NCBI RefSeq assembly: GCF_009914755.1
Contig: NC_060930.1
DNA: 64,000 nt
From: the human T2T-CHM13v2.0 reference genome, Homo sapiens
Strand: one strand, 5' to 3'
The notes beneath the pieces are model-generated. The model searched no databases, was not told where the DNA came from, and saw only the letters and a list, made by a program, of their open reading frames with translations. Of this stretch, positions 34,090 through 49,010 are shown one piece after another; position 1 is the first letter of the stretch; each line of letters starts with the position of its first letter. The translations under genes and the position numbers were made by a program.

Positions 34090-37000
34090 GCACATACTTG
34101 TGTATGCTTATCTATAAGTGAAATAGAAGCCAACAATAAAACAAGAGACAGAAGGAGAAAGGAATTGGGATTATTTTGTTATTATAAGGTATTCATACAA
34201 CCACACAACCTGTGAAGTGGTATAGTGTTATTTAAAAATGGACTTGGATTGTTTGTAAATGTATATTGCAAACTCTGGGGCAAACCACTAAAAAAAGAAG
34301 TATCACTGATATCCTAAGAAAGGAGAGAAAATGGAATAATATAAAATGCTTAATTGAAGCCACAAAAGGCATAACAGAGTGGAAGATAAAATCAGAAAAT
34401 AAAGAACACAGGCAGCAAATATAAAATAGTAACAAATACAGTAGATATTAACCTAATTATAGCAATAATCATTTTAAACATAAATGATCTAGGTGCACCA
34501 ATTTCAAATCAGAGATTGGCAAAATGGACCAAAAAACAAGACTCAAATATGTATTCTATATAAGAAACTCACTTTGAATATAAAGACAAGCATAGATTAA
34601 AAGTAAATGGATTGAGAAAGATATACTATACCAACAACAATTAAAATAAAGTGGGAGTCACTATGTTAATTTGAGATTGAGCAAACTTCAGAGCCTGGGA
34701 ATTATCAGGGATAAAAAGTAGTGTTACCTAATGATAAATGGGTAATTCTCCAAGAAGATATAATAGTATTTAAGGTGCCTGAACCTAACAATAGAAGATC
34801 AAACTATCTGAGACAAAAACTGATAGAACTGTAAGGAAAAATGGACAAACCCATTACTTTTTAGTTGAAAACTTCAATACCCATTCTATCAGAAATGGAC
34901 AGATCCAACAGGCAGAAAATCAGTAAAGGGCATAGTTGAACTCAACAACACCATCTATCAATTGCATATAATTAACATTTATAGATTATTTCATCCAACC
35001 AAAGCAAAATACATATTTTTCTCAAACTCACATGGAACATTCACCAAGATGGACCACATCCTGGACCATAAAACATACCTTAACAAATTTAAAAAATAGA
35101 AATTATGCAATGTCTGCTCTCACAGCATAATGAAATTAACCTAGAAAATAACAAAATACTTGATGATTAAACAAGAATCTAAATATTGCTAAGAAGAACC
35201 CTTAAGAGAAATTTAAAAATATTTTAATTAAATGAAAATGAAAACACAACTCATTAAAATGTGCAGAATGCAATGAAAGCAGTGCTTAGAGGGACATTTA
35301 TAGTATTGAATAGGTTTATTAGAAAAGAAGAATAATCTAAGATAAATCATCTAAATTCCCACCTTAGGATATTAGATAAAGACGGGCAAATTGAATCCAA
35401 AGTAAGCAAAGAAAAGAACTAATAAGAATTAGAGCAGAAATCAATGAAATTGAAAATAGGAAATCAGTAGAGAAATTCAACAACGCCAAAAGCTGATTCT
35501 TTGAAAAAATAAATAAAATCAGTGAGTCTCTTGTAAACCTAACTAAAAGACCGAGAGAGAGAGAAATATTATAAATAAAAAGGGAACATCACTACAGATC
35601 CCATTGATATTAAGGGATAAGCAAGAAATTTTATTATATTTATTTACTTATATACATATATAATTCTACTTATACATTCATTATATATAGTATTTATTGT
35701 ATTATTATGTTATGAACAAATCTATGCCTGCAAATTTGATAACCTAGATGAAATGGACCAATACCTTAAAAGACAAAATCTACCAAAACTTACACAAGAT
35801 AGACAATCAAGTAGACCTATATCTATTAAATAAATTGAATCAATAATTAAAACAATTTCAAAACAGAAATCACCAGTCCCAGATGGGTTCACTAGTGTAT
35901 TTTACCAATATTTAAGAAATAAATTATACCAATTATCTACAATCTCTTTCAGAAGATAGAAGCAGATAAAATGTTTTCTACTTTGTTCTGTGAGGCCAGC
36001 ATTACCCTAATAACAAAATCAGATAAAGACATTACGAGAAAACTAGAGACCAATATTTCTCATGCACATAGATGAAAAAATCCTCAATAAAATATTAGAA
36101 AGTCAAATCCAACAAAGTATAAAAAGAATTAAACACCACTACCAAGTGGAATTTATCCCAAGTATTTAAGGCTAGTTTAACATTTGAAAATTGACTGATG
36201 TAATCCATCATGTGAACAGGTTGAAGGAAAATTACATTATATCAATAGATTCAGGACAAACATCTGACATATTCCAACAGCCATTTATAATGAAAAAACT
36301 TTCAGTAAACTAGAAAGAGAGGGGAGCTTTCTCAACTTGATAAAAAGAATCTACAAAAACCCCGTAGCCAAAATTTTTCTTAATGGTGAGAAACTAGAAA
36401 CTTTCCTGTTAAGAACAGGAAGAAACAATCATGCCCCCTCTCAGCACTCCTTTTCAATGTTGTACTAAAATTCCTTGCTAATGCAATAGGATGAGAAAAG
36501 GAATAAATGTATACTGATTAAGAAGGAAGAATAAACGTCTCTTTGTTCACAAATGACATGATCATCTATGTGGAAAACCAAAAAGAATTGATGAGAAAAA
36601 CAAAAATAATTGATTAAAAAAAACAAAAACGATTCCCCAAAACTTCTGATATTAATAAAATATACTAAGGTTGCAGGATGCAAGGTTAATATACAAAGGT
36701 AAATTGTTCTCTTATATGCAAGTAATGAATGAGTACAATTTGAAATTAAAAAGACAATACTATCTACATTGGTATAAATCTAACAAAATACATGCAAGAT
36801 CTATATGAGGAAAACTACAAAATGCTGATAAAAGAAATCAAAAAAGAACTAAATAAATGGAAATCTGTTCCCTGTTCATGGATAGGAAGACTCAATATTG
36901 TCAAGATGTCAGTATTTCCCAACTTGATCTATAGATTGAGTACAACCCAAATCAAAATTACAGCAACTTATTTTGTAGATATCAGCAAGCTGTGTCTAAA

Positions 37001-37685
37001 ATTTATGTGTCAATGCAAAACACCCAGAGTAGCCAACACAGTATTGAAGGAAAAGAAGAAAGTTGGAAGACTGAAACTGTCTGACTTCCAGACTTACTAT
37101 AAGCTACAGTAATCAAGAGACACTGTGATATTATTAAAAGAATAGAAAATTAGGTCAATGGAACAGAATAAAGAACCTAGAAACAGACCCACATAAACAT
37201 AGTCAACTAATCTTTGACATGGGAGTGAAGGCAACACAATGGAGAATAGATGTATTTTCAGCAGATCGTGGTAGAACAACTGGACATCTGCATGCAAAAA
37301 AGTGAATCTTGATACAGACCTTATACTCTTCGCAAAAATTAACCCAGAATATATTACGTACCAAAATGTAAAAAGGAAAGCTATAAAACACCTAAAAGAT
37401 AACATAGGAGAAAATGAAAGTGCCCTTGGGTTTGGCAGCAACTTTTTAGATATGACACCAAAGGCACGATTCATGAAAGAAATAATTGATAAGCTGAGTT
37501 TTATTAAAATTAAAAATTTCGGGTCTCTGAAAATCATTGTCAAGAGAATTAAAAGACAAGCCACAGACTGGGAGAAAATATTTGCAATAGACACATCTGA
37601 TAAAGAATTATTATCCAAAATATACAAAGAACTTTAAAATGCAACAATAAAATAACAAACAACCCCATTCAGATGTGGGCCAGGA

Positions 37686-37974
37686 ACTGGGCCTGTGACT
37701 TATGCTGGTAATCCCAGTGACCCAGAAAACTCAGGCAGAAGGATTGCTTGAGGCCAGAAGTTTGAGACCATCTGGGAAACATAATGAGATCCCGTCTCTA
37801 AAAAATTTTTTAAAAATTATTCCAGCATGATGGTGTGCACCTGTAATCCCAGCTACTCAGGAAGCTGAGGCAGGATCATCTGAGCTCAGGAGTTCAAGGC
37901 TGCAGTGAGCCATGATCATGCTACTCTGCACTCTGGCCCGGGCAACAGAGTGAGAACCCGACTCATTTAAAAAA
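37686..37974 (+). mobile_element. AluJ (Jo/Jr-like), diverged
   Basis: ggattgcttgaggccagaagtttgagacc; ggagttcaaggctgcagtgagccatgatc. Confidence 0.9.
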
Positions 37975-40900
37975 GGGGCAAAGGCCTTAACAGACACCTC
38001 ACTGAAAAAGACATACTTCTTTGGTGTTTGCCAAAGCATGGGGTAAGTAAGCATATTAAAAGATGTTTCACACCAAAAATTATCAGAGAAAGGCAAATTA
38101 AAACAACAGTGATATAACACTACACACCTAGTGGAATGGCCAAAACGGAAACACCAGTAATGTCAAATGCTGGTGAGAATATGGAGCAACCAGAACTCTC
38201 CTTCATTGATTTTGGGAATGCAAAATAGTACAGACATTTTGGAAGAGAGTTTGATGATTTCTTACCCAACTAAATATACTCTTACAATACTTACCAGCAA
38301 CTATGCTCCTTGGTATTTACCTAAAGGAGTTAAAAACTTTTGTCTACCACAATACTTACACAGATATATAGCATCTTTATTCATAATTGACAAAGCATTA
38401 AAGGAATCAAAATGTCCTTCAGTAGGTAAATGGATAAACTGTGGTATACCCAGAAAGGGGAATATTATTCAGCACTAAAAAGAAATGAGCTGTCAGGCCA
38501 TGAAATGTCATGGAAGAAACTTAAGTGCATATTACTAAGTAAAAGAAGTCAATCTGAAAAGGCTACATACTGTATGATTCCAACTACATGACACTCTGGA
38601 AATGTCAAGACTATGGAGACAGTAAAAAAAAAAAAAAAAAAAAAAAATCAGTGGTTGGTGGGAGTTAGGGGAAAGTAAGGGATGAATAGGCAGTGCACAG
38701 AGGATTTTGAGGGCAGTGAAACTATGTGGTATGACACTATAATGGAGGATACATGTCATACATTTGTCCAGATCCCTAAAACGTAGAACTCCAAGAGAGA
38801 ACCCTAATGTAGACTATGGTCTTTGGGTGGTAATGGTATTTTAATAGAAGTTCATCAATCGTAACAAATATACCATTCTGGTGGGGTTATGTGGATAATG
38901 GGGCGAGGAGGGTATGCATGGGGTAGGGGATACATGGGAAATCTCTGTACCCTTTGATGAATTTTGCTGTGAAGCTAACACTGCTTGTAAAAGATAAAGT
39001 CTGTTAATTTAAGAAGCCCTTTCAAGTCTCATTTGTGTGGAGTGGGTGGATGTTACCCAACTTTAAGGTGATGTTTAGCTAGGAAGTCAGACACAGGCAT
39101 TAGAATCTGCAGGTAATTTAATTCCAAATTTCTAATGTGTAGTTTTCATTTCTAATGTGCAGTTCTGCATTTGGGTTTGTGTATGTATGTAAACTGTTGA
39201 ACTAAATTGAGGAGGAACTTGTTAAACCTAAACAATGAGCCAGTTTAATTTGTCTCTGCATGCAACATCATAGTCACTTTCATTAGCCAAAGCCTCCTCC
39301 AAAATTTTCTGCTAGTCAGAGCAAGTCTTCAAATTCAATTACTTGTCAGTATCTCCACCTTATTTGGAAGTTAAAAGTTTCTGGTCTCAGGGTTCAAAGC
39401 CAGGTTTTAGGCATTTATTTCCTTTGAAGTTTCTAGATGACATTTCTAATGGCTTGCCAGAATTTTGTGGCTTTGATTTCCCTAGTCCTAAATCCAGGCA
39501 GCTCTTGTGTGACTTAAGATATGGACCTTTGGGGTGATACTGCTTTGCAAAATAAAGGAAAAAAAGAGATGAGTGGAACAAGGAGTGTAAAAGAAGAAAA
39601 GGTTGGGGAGAGCAAATAGACTAAGAAATGAATGAAGAAAAAAGGGACTAGAAGGTAGAAAGTACAACTAGAAGATAGAAAGTGAACATGTTTTTGGTTT
39701 GTAATGTTTTAAATTAATCTATAATATATATTGTATTTCTATAATATATCTGTATGTAATATATATATTTATAAGATCAATATAATATATAGAATTTTTA
39801 AAGACAAAGGCTGATTTCTCAGAATGTTAGTAAGAAATCATTCAAACAAGTCAAGTAACACAGCTCAAAATTATTATTTATAAAATCCCAAAATATAAAA
39901 GTCAGACAGGAAAATGAGAATAGAGAATTTTTTCACTGGTCCTACTGATAATAATTGAAGATATAGTCAAGTCAGTTAAATACTCTATTACCTGTCATAC
40001 ATAAATCAAATGTCTATTTAGGTTTTCTCTTTTATTTTAGTTTACATTTCCCCATGTCATGTTTTATATTGAACTAGTACCTATAAGTGTAGTTATTCAG
40101 CATGCTTCCTTGAATTGAGTAGTTAAGAGAAAGATGAAAGTGGATGCCAACAAATTTATTAAAATTTTGGCCTTAAAATACTCATTTTAAAATTTTAATC
40201 AATATTTGTTATTTTTTTCCTTGAGATTCTTCCATGGAAAAATTACTAATTAATTTACCCATTGTCATTTCAAATTAATTTCTCCACCTAAAACATATTA
40301 TTATAATTAGAACAAAAAGATTGGTTAGAGTTAAGGGTTAGCTGTTACATTGTCTAATAATAGAACTGTGTAAAAGATGACATTCATTCTTTGTTATCCA
40401 ATTTCTGTATGCATATGCACTAGTAGGTACATGGTGTGTGTTAGTGTGGTTAGTCAGATGCAGAAATATGGTTACAATCATGTAATAAACATTTGTATGT
40501 GGAAGCTCTGCATTGGTTTTTATACAATGATATCCATTTCCATTGCCAATTGCTAAATTTTCAGTATAAAACTGCTGAATGTATAATTTAGCTTGACAAA
40601 TAGTTGATCCATTCCCCCCCAAACTTTATAATTTCTAAAATTCACCTTTTTTTTTAAAAAAAAAAACAGAATTAAAAGTTCAGTTTTAAGCACCATGCCA
40701 CTTAGGGTTTGAAGTTTAGCAGCATTAGAATTGCTGGACAAATAGATTTTCCATTATCTACTTTCTTCTATATTGAAATTCGACTTGCCTATGGTTCGTG
40801 AGCTAACATCTAAGAAGTGAAAATGATTTGAGGTAAAGTCTTTAATTTGACAAATGTATAGATCTTTTGAATAAAACCCTACTAGATATCACTCTTAAGT

Positions 40901-43079
40901 AGGATTAACTACAAGTTTCTTCATGGACATGAGGCAGGGGATTCATTAAAATGGACATTTCAAACACCCTGTCTGACAGATGAGAGTGAAATTAGAGTGG
41001 CAGCCTGAACCCTAAGCTCTCAATGAATACATGAATGGATTTGTCTATAAAGTTTAAAGATTTACAGGAAGGCACAGTGGCCAATTTCTATTTTGATGCT
41101 AAAGGGGAAGGAAAGAAGAAAGGAAATAAGAGGGTATGGGAAGGAGAAAGCAATTTATCTGATTCCTTCTCTGCATAACACTATTCACAAAAACATTTAA
41201 TTCTTATTATGTCTTGTTGATTTGAGGTTACTTTCAAAAACCTTTTGTTATCTTCCCACTGTGAGCACAGTAAAATGGGTAGTGAGACAAGCAAATATGG
41301 TTTCCTGCCTTCCTGGAATTTCAGTAGATTGGGAAATCAATATGCCCATAAATAATGATTATATCTTCTATTGTTCCCATATTTTATGGTGCAACATCTC
41401 TTGCATGGGGCATGAAAATGGTCGAAAACTGTTTTGGAAAAAAAGAAGAGGAAAAACCGAAGCAAATACTGCATGAGAATGCATCCAAAATAGTTGAATG
41501 GGTGAGCATGGATGCCAATATCTTCCCTTCTTGTCATGGCAAAGGAAACTGGAAGCTCAGAATGTCAAAGGCTCACAAGTCTAACCACAGTGGGGATTTC
41601 AATAGAATCAGATGAGCTACAAGATTGCAAATTTACTAAGCCTTTCAGAGAACTCTAGAAAGCTTGGCCTTAAAAGAAGACTTCAGTTTAGTTTTCAAAA
41701 CAAGTATGGCAAATTTATCCTTTCTGACAATCTTTTCTATTTTGGGATCTAAGCCAGCTAAATACACTTACGCTTGGTAGGCATAGTCAACATTTAAACC
41801 TACTTCAAATTCAAATTCAATTGCCCAATCTCTGAAATTTGGTAGTTTATCAAATTACCCTTAATTTTTCTCTGTAAGATGTTTTCACTGCTCAGTGTTT
41901 TAGAATACTATGTGTTTATTCATCTCCTTTAAAGGTTGATCTCTGTTTTGGGAAGGTGCTAACATATGTGTGTATAGTACCTTTTCAGAATAAATGAACA
42001 GGCATTCTCTATCATAATCTTCTAAAATAACATTTAGTAATTTGCATACTAGAAATATCAAATCAAAGGTCTTTGGTATACCTGAGACCTTTGAGAATTT
42101 TCTTCTGATGATAAAGTGAGAGATTTTTTTTTCATATTGAATGTTCAGAGGAGTGGATGAATTCAAATGTACTTTCAGATTGTGAAACGGCCCAAGCTAT
42201 TATATAAATGTTTGGGTTGTGCTGGAAATCATATTTTTCCAAAAGGCATTGCTCCTTCCATTTTAAACTTATGTGCTCTTTAAGGGGGATTTAATTTATA
42301 TGTCTCTGATTCATTTACACTTAATTCATGAAAATAACATTTGCTAAGAGGCATTGGGTATGCAATCAGTTTCGTGATCTATACGGATTTAAAAATTTTT
42401 TTTTGTCTGAGTTTGGCCAAGTCACTAATTTTTTTTTCTTAATTTTCCAAATCTTGGGAACCTAAAAGACGTAGTAGGTTCAAGGCAGTAAGTATATGTG
42501 CTGTATCCTATCAAACAATTATTTTTCTAAGATTGGGATTACAGGAGAAATTGTTACCTACTAAAAAGTGAACTTTCTAGTGTTGCTAAAACAATTAAGT
42601 TATCACAAAATGACTAAAATAGTGCATTGAACAGCAGTGATTCAAAAATGTAGCGGCAAGACTCTGACATTTAGATGTAATATTTCCTTTGCTTCTTACA
42701 AACACATATAAAAAATCTAGCAGGGCAAATAAAAGAACTAGGCCATTTTTACAAAGAGGCTTGATAAAGCAACACAGATCTGACTGTTCTACTTAGAGTG
42801 GTCAAAACTCAAAGGACATATAAAACATAATATTGTTCTGGGAGCATTCTCTAGGGAAAAACAAATGCTTTTAAAATACTTGAATCAGAGGAAAAAAGAT
42901 AGCTATGTAGTTCTTTAGTTCATTGGTAATTTCTCCCCTTAGATTTTTGTAAGGTTGCAAAATGATAGGTAAATGCATTTTGCCTTTTCTGAAAGGATGA
43001 GAACATTCGTGGTACAAAAATTCAAACTTTATTGTTGTTACCCAAAAGGAGTGAGGGGAACCCTTCTGTGATAAGAGCA

Positions 43080-43590
43080 AAGAAGTCAGCAGGATTCAAT
43101 CTATGCAGTGCTTTATGAGCCATGATAAGAAATTTAGATGTGGTTTCAACTGTGTTGGAAGACCATTTTTGTATTTTAGTCAGGGGAGTGACATAGTTTG
43201 ATTTGTGCTTCATAGATCACTGGGCTGCTCTATGGAGAATGGATCACAGAAAGGCAATAATAGAAAAAAGCAGGACCAGGTAGGAGTACCCAGAGTACTC
43301 CAGGAAAGAGATGGTGGTGATTTGGCCTACAGTGGTAGAAAAATAGGAGCATATTGATGTGATATACTGAAGGAGGAGTACATAGGACTTGCCACTGAAT
43401 TGCAGAAAAATTAGTTGTGACTTCTTGTCTGGCTTCAGCAACTGGGAGTGTGGTGGTATCACACACTAGGAGGAATAGGTGTGGGTCTGTTTATTGAGGG
43501 TCCACAAATTTATTTTGGTTTTGCCAAGTGGCTGTGTGGCCTGTTAAGATGATCATTAGACACCCATGTGTAAATGTCAATCGAAATGTA
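43080..43590 (-). mobile_element. L2 fragment
   Basis: Purine-rich antisense L2 motifs: caggggagtgacatagtttgatttg, agatcactgggctgctctatggagaatggat, ggcttcagcaactggg. Confidence 0.75.
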
Positions 43591-44601
43591 GATAGTGATA
43601 ATATGTGTAGGCATTCCAAATGGATATGGTTGTTAAAAAGTTTCTTAGAAAAAAGTATCCCCACATGTACTCTCTGCTTACACCCTTTGCATGATTTTAA
43701 TAAAAACCAGGACAGTTCAAGTAGAAGACATAATCTTATTTGAACGCTTCCTTAAGATACATATGCTTAAAGATTTTCTAGAATCTAGGTGAGGAAGATT
43801 AAAATCATCTACTTGATGTTTATTGTTTGTGGTGTATAGTTTTTTTGTGCTTAAATTAACTGTTCATCGTTTACATGTAATTCATCCCAAAATACCGTAC
43901 TCAATTAATCCTTCTGTCTGGTCAGAGTTCTTTCGGTATTATTGAGGATAAGTGCTCACTAACACTGCCACATATAAGTGGACTTATTCAAATGGTGTTT
44001 GTTTCTGAAAAAAAAGTATATGAATTACATGGCAATATAAAATATCTTTATATCTCTATAAAATATATAAACATCTCTATATAAAATTGTATATGTAGCC
44101 TATATATATAATCTGTGTATTTACACACATATATATCAATTACATCTTATATATTTCTTATGCCACTCCCCCCAACGATTTGTGAGTACTATTGTATATT
44201 CTCAGCCAATCAGTGCTTTCAGTAATTTTTTGAGTTAAGTGCAATGAGTTTTGTTCATTATTCTGGGCCTCTCCTTTTGCCATTTGCTTATGTTCTGATG
44301 AGCAGTTTTGGCTCATAAAACTTGATAAAAGTTATGGTGCTGGACCTACCACAAGATTAGCATTATATCTGTAAAAATGCAAATCTCCTGGAAACTTGTG
44401 ATACATTCAAGAGATGGCTTGTTATGCAGATGAAAAGTACAGTAGGCAATAAAAAATTGGTAGACGTGTCCTGATATGAGAAAGTGCTTCATTCATATAG
44501 CTGCAGTCTGGAAAGATTTCCCAACTGTTACATGAACTACAGCTAGGAGAATCTATGACTGGGAAAAATGCAACACTTTAATGACTGTTCTATTATGACA
44601 C

Positions 44602-44998
44602 CCTATAGAGCTGGGTTGGTTGATGTCCCCCCAAAATTGTCTAAATGTTTGTGCACCACCCCTCAAAAAAACATGTTGAAAACTGGATCACCAGTGTGAT
44701 AGTATTAGGAGGTAGGGCCTTTGGGAGGTTATTAGATCTAAGGAGAACCTTTTTGAATGGGATTAGTGCCCTTATGAAAGACGACCTGCAGATCTGCCTT
44801 ACCTCCTCCACCGTGTGAAGACACAATGAGAAGGTGCTATTTATGAGCCAGAAGGTGGGCCCTCACCAGACACCGAATCTGCCAATGCCTTAATCTTGGA
44901 CTTTCTAGCCTCCAGAACTGTAAAAAATAAATTTCTATTGGTTAAGAGCCACCCAGTTCACGATATTTTGTTACAGCAAATCCGAAAGGGCTAAGACA
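44602..44998 (+). mobile_element. MLT1A (A0-like) MaLR solo LTR
   Basis: gtattaggaggtagggcctttgggagg...gggccctcaccagacaccgaatctgcc...cctccagaactgt...aataaatttct...ctaagaCA. Confidence 0.88.
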
Positions 44999-46222
44999 GT
45001 GATATCATTTTCAGGGACATGCCCCTTGTGTGAAATGGCGTATTTATTTGCATGCGTATCTTCTGAACTGAGTGAACATCAAATGAACCAAGAGTAAGCA
45101 GACCTGGTAAATAGCTCTCTCATAGAATGGGTCTGAAAAACAGTCTTGTTAGATGTCCGGACTGCCTCATGTTACTCTTATTCAAGCAAGATAATGTGTC
45201 AAAGGAGCAGTGCTCAATTTATTTTTATTCCATTGTATTGAAACACAAGTTTAATATTTACTTATGTAACACTTTTTGATGTGGTGTTTCCAATGTTCTA
45301 GCTAAAACTCTCTCACATTTTTTTCTACTCATGAAATGTATATGAGAATGCAAGTGCATAATAATAAAAATATTATACAGGTTTTTTCATTGCAATAGCT
45401 TATATTACAAGTGTGCCATTCACAAACTTTGATTCTTTGTAATTAATGATTAATTGCATTGAACACATCTCACAGTTAATGGCTGTATTGATGAGTGGTT
45501 CTGAAAATCTAAGCATGCAAATCCACACTTTAACCATCCAATATGTGACATCTCCATCCAGAGACAATTCAGTTCTAATACTGAACATTTCACAATTCAC
45601 TCTCCTTAGACCCACAGTGCAAATGCATACTTTAATTTGAGGTATGGGAATTCAAATTAACTTGGGCAAATTTTTATTTACCATCTAGATACAAAGCTGA
45701 ATGTTGAATTCTTGCTTCTTGTTAGCCAATTTTCCCAAGTTCTTAGAAACTAGATGGAATAAATCCAGAACTTTCTCAATCCAGTATTTACGAATCTTTG
45801 TATTTAAGATGTATGCCACTTTATCACATCAAACAAACTTCCCTTACTTCAGGTTTTTAAATATATTGTCTTTTTTTCTACACCAGTGCCTCGACTTAGC
45901 TTTTCAATTTTATCACTGATATGTCTTTTATTTTAAATGGCCTCAGGTTCAATTTTAAAAGCAAATAGGTGGTAGATACAACAATTGATTTATTATTTAA
46001 TAAAAAGATTTCACTTTAACCGATATGATGGTTTGGCTATTTGAATATAGTATCTTATATCCACGTTAAAATTTATACAGACTTTTCTACTCTGGATGCT
46101 TATTTCTTGATTCCTGAAGCTAATTGGTCAATACAAAGAAATAAAAGACACACTTGGAATATTTAAAGCAATTTTTTTACATGTGAGCTGTTTGAAATTT
46201 GAAAGTAATCATTGGGGGATAT

Positions 46223-46347
46223 ATCATTATTTCCAATACATAGAACAGAGATGAGGCTTCAAGAGGTTAAGTGACATGACTAAGCAATAAAGACAAAGAC
46301 AGAGATCAAATTCCAGGATTTCTGGCTCCAAATTCAGGACTCTTTCT
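46223..46347 (-). mobile_element. MIR fragment
   Basis: tgaggcttcaagaggttaagtgac...tctggctccaaattcagg. Confidence 0.6.
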
Positions 46348-47398
46348 CTGACATCAAGACGCAGAGCTCGTCAATGGGCACACCTTTATGAATATTTCAT
46401 TACTGTTAGGCTAAGTCTGTAGTAAAGATCATCAAGAGGAGGGCATTATTACCTGTTGAGTAATTGGGATCTTTTTCTCAATCATCTGTTTCATCCAAGG
46501 AAATTTTAGCCACAAAAATTTAATTTTGAAATGACTTGGTTTAATCTTGTATTTCCAAAGAAACATATGTCCCTCAGAAATCTCGTGGTCAGTGTTTGTC
46601 TTCTAATCAGGAGTTGTACCAATGTTGCATAAAACAACTCTTTCTTTATGTGAATGCTTGACAGGAAGGATCTTGTGCTAGCACTTGGACAGGTGGAAAA
46701 AGGCTACTGGGATTCAATAGCTACCTCTGCCATCAATTTCCAGGTGTGTGTGTGTGCGTGCGTGTATATGTATTTGTGTGTTTTTGTGTGTCCTGGGTAT
46801 GATGGCTTCATATTTGCTTTTTCTGAATAAATATCAGTCCTTTAATTTCAAATAATTATCCATAACAAATGTAAATGACAGGATTTTGAGACTACTTCTG
46901 ACCCTCAGATTTCCTCCATAGATAACTAATATTCTCTAAATCAATGATTCCTTTCCCCACCATGTTTCTTTTACACACCTAATGCAACTTAGTAAAATTA
47001 TAAGTAAAAAAATTAAAACAGCACTGAAAATATATTATAATAATGTAAAACTCTCTCCCCACAATGCTATTCTCTCTATATAACCATTTAAATATTTTGT
47101 TTTTCCTATAAAATATACCTATATTTATGCAAGAATGGATGTATATTTCTTTTATAACACTAGGGGTTAAAATGTATAATGAATATGCTTTTTTAACAAT
47201 ATGTTAACTACTTTATTACATTTAAATCTACCTCTATGTTTTTAACAGCAGCAGAGTATCTCATTATATAAAGGTACACAATTTATTTTACTAGTCCTTA
47301 AATGTTTACATAATTTATAATGGCAGAAAGACACTGGAGTAGAAGTGTTTCATACACAGTGGTTCAATTAGCATCCTTTTATTTAAATGTATTGTCAC

Positions 47399-47746
<348 letters not shown>

Positions 47747-48238
47747 CTAAATGTATCTTTGTAATCTTGTGGTAGTATTTTTACAGGACACATTTTTAAA
47801 GTTTGAATTTTTTAATCAAAAGTAGATTCTTTAACTTTGATAACTGTGATTCAATTGCTTTCCTAAGAAGTTTCATCATAATATGCACCATATTAAGAGC
47901 ATGAGAATATCTAGCCAATCACTAAGAATAATAAAACCTTGAAAATAATTGAAATACAGTAGATTTAAAATGAAATCTTACATTTGTTCAAATTTGCATT
48001 ATTTTAATCATCAGAGTTTGATGATATTTTTACTGTTCATTGGCCCCTTATATTTCTTTTGCTATAAACTGCCTTTAATTGTATTTGCCCAATTTTGGTT
48101 GTTGATTTCTGTATATTTTAAATAACTTTTTGTGTATGAATATAATTGGCCTTTTGCTATATGCATTGCAGTTTTTTTCCTGGTTTGTCATTTAAAATAT
48201 TTTCATAGTGTTTCTCACCATATGGAATGCAGCTTTTA

Positions 48239-48618
<380 letters not shown>

Positions 48619-48874
48619 TTAAGGTTATGTGCCCTACTTGGGGTGGGGGGTGGTTCTGTTTTCCAAGATTATATTTTTAGAAATAACTTATGTTACTTCT
48701 AGTAATGTAATGGCTTACTTTTTTAAAAAACAAAGTGTCAGTATTTGGAACCTCTGCTCCATTTGCACTACGGAAAAATTATATCACTAGCTAGCATACT
48801 TTTCTTAAAATAGGCAGCTTGAGACTTTTACCACGTATTAAATCTGGAAACAGGGGTTCACAGACTTTAGAGAT

Positions 48875-49010
48875 AATAATCAGATTTTAGCCCTAGAAAA
48901 TGCTTTAAAGATCATCTAGTATAATATTCTCATTTTCCAGATGGGGAAATGGAAATGAATGTGAAGAAGGCTAGAGTAGTAAAATATCTTACTGAAGGCC
49001 CCACAGTGTT
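48875..49010 (-). mobile_element. MIR/MIR3 fragment
   Basis: agatcatctagt...ctcattttccagatggggaaatgga. Confidence 0.6.

Larger units (their letters stand above)
32120..39013 (+). mobile_element. Near-full-length ancient L1MC (L1MC1-like) with an AluJ insertion
   Basis: 5' region, ORF1 remnant (ORF 32933-33157), ORF2 remnants (36792-37112 NKWKSVPCSWIGRLNIVKM; 37302-37637 KRQATDWEKIFA), and L1MC1-type 3' end (gaaccctaatgtagactatgg...gggaaatctctgtacc...ttttgctgtgaagctaa). The 5' boundary is approximate. Confidence 0.85.

Noticed and set aside
37097-37627. 176-aa hydrophobic ORF resembling a membrane protein
   Set aside because: It is the antisense frame of A-rich L1MC ORF2; T-rich codons mimic hydrophobic segments.
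39128-39685. Short imperfect ~20-bp tandem repeats (39128-39170, 39648-39684; similar ones near 20810, 32513, 54903)
   Set aside because: Ordinary slippage-type micro-duplications, expected at this frequency.
42275-42400. Distinctive-looking unique stretch (gatttaatttatatgtctctgattcatttacacttaa), considered as a snoRNA or ancient conserved repeat
   Set aside because: No proper box C/D pair or stem, and I could not assign it to any family from sequence alone.
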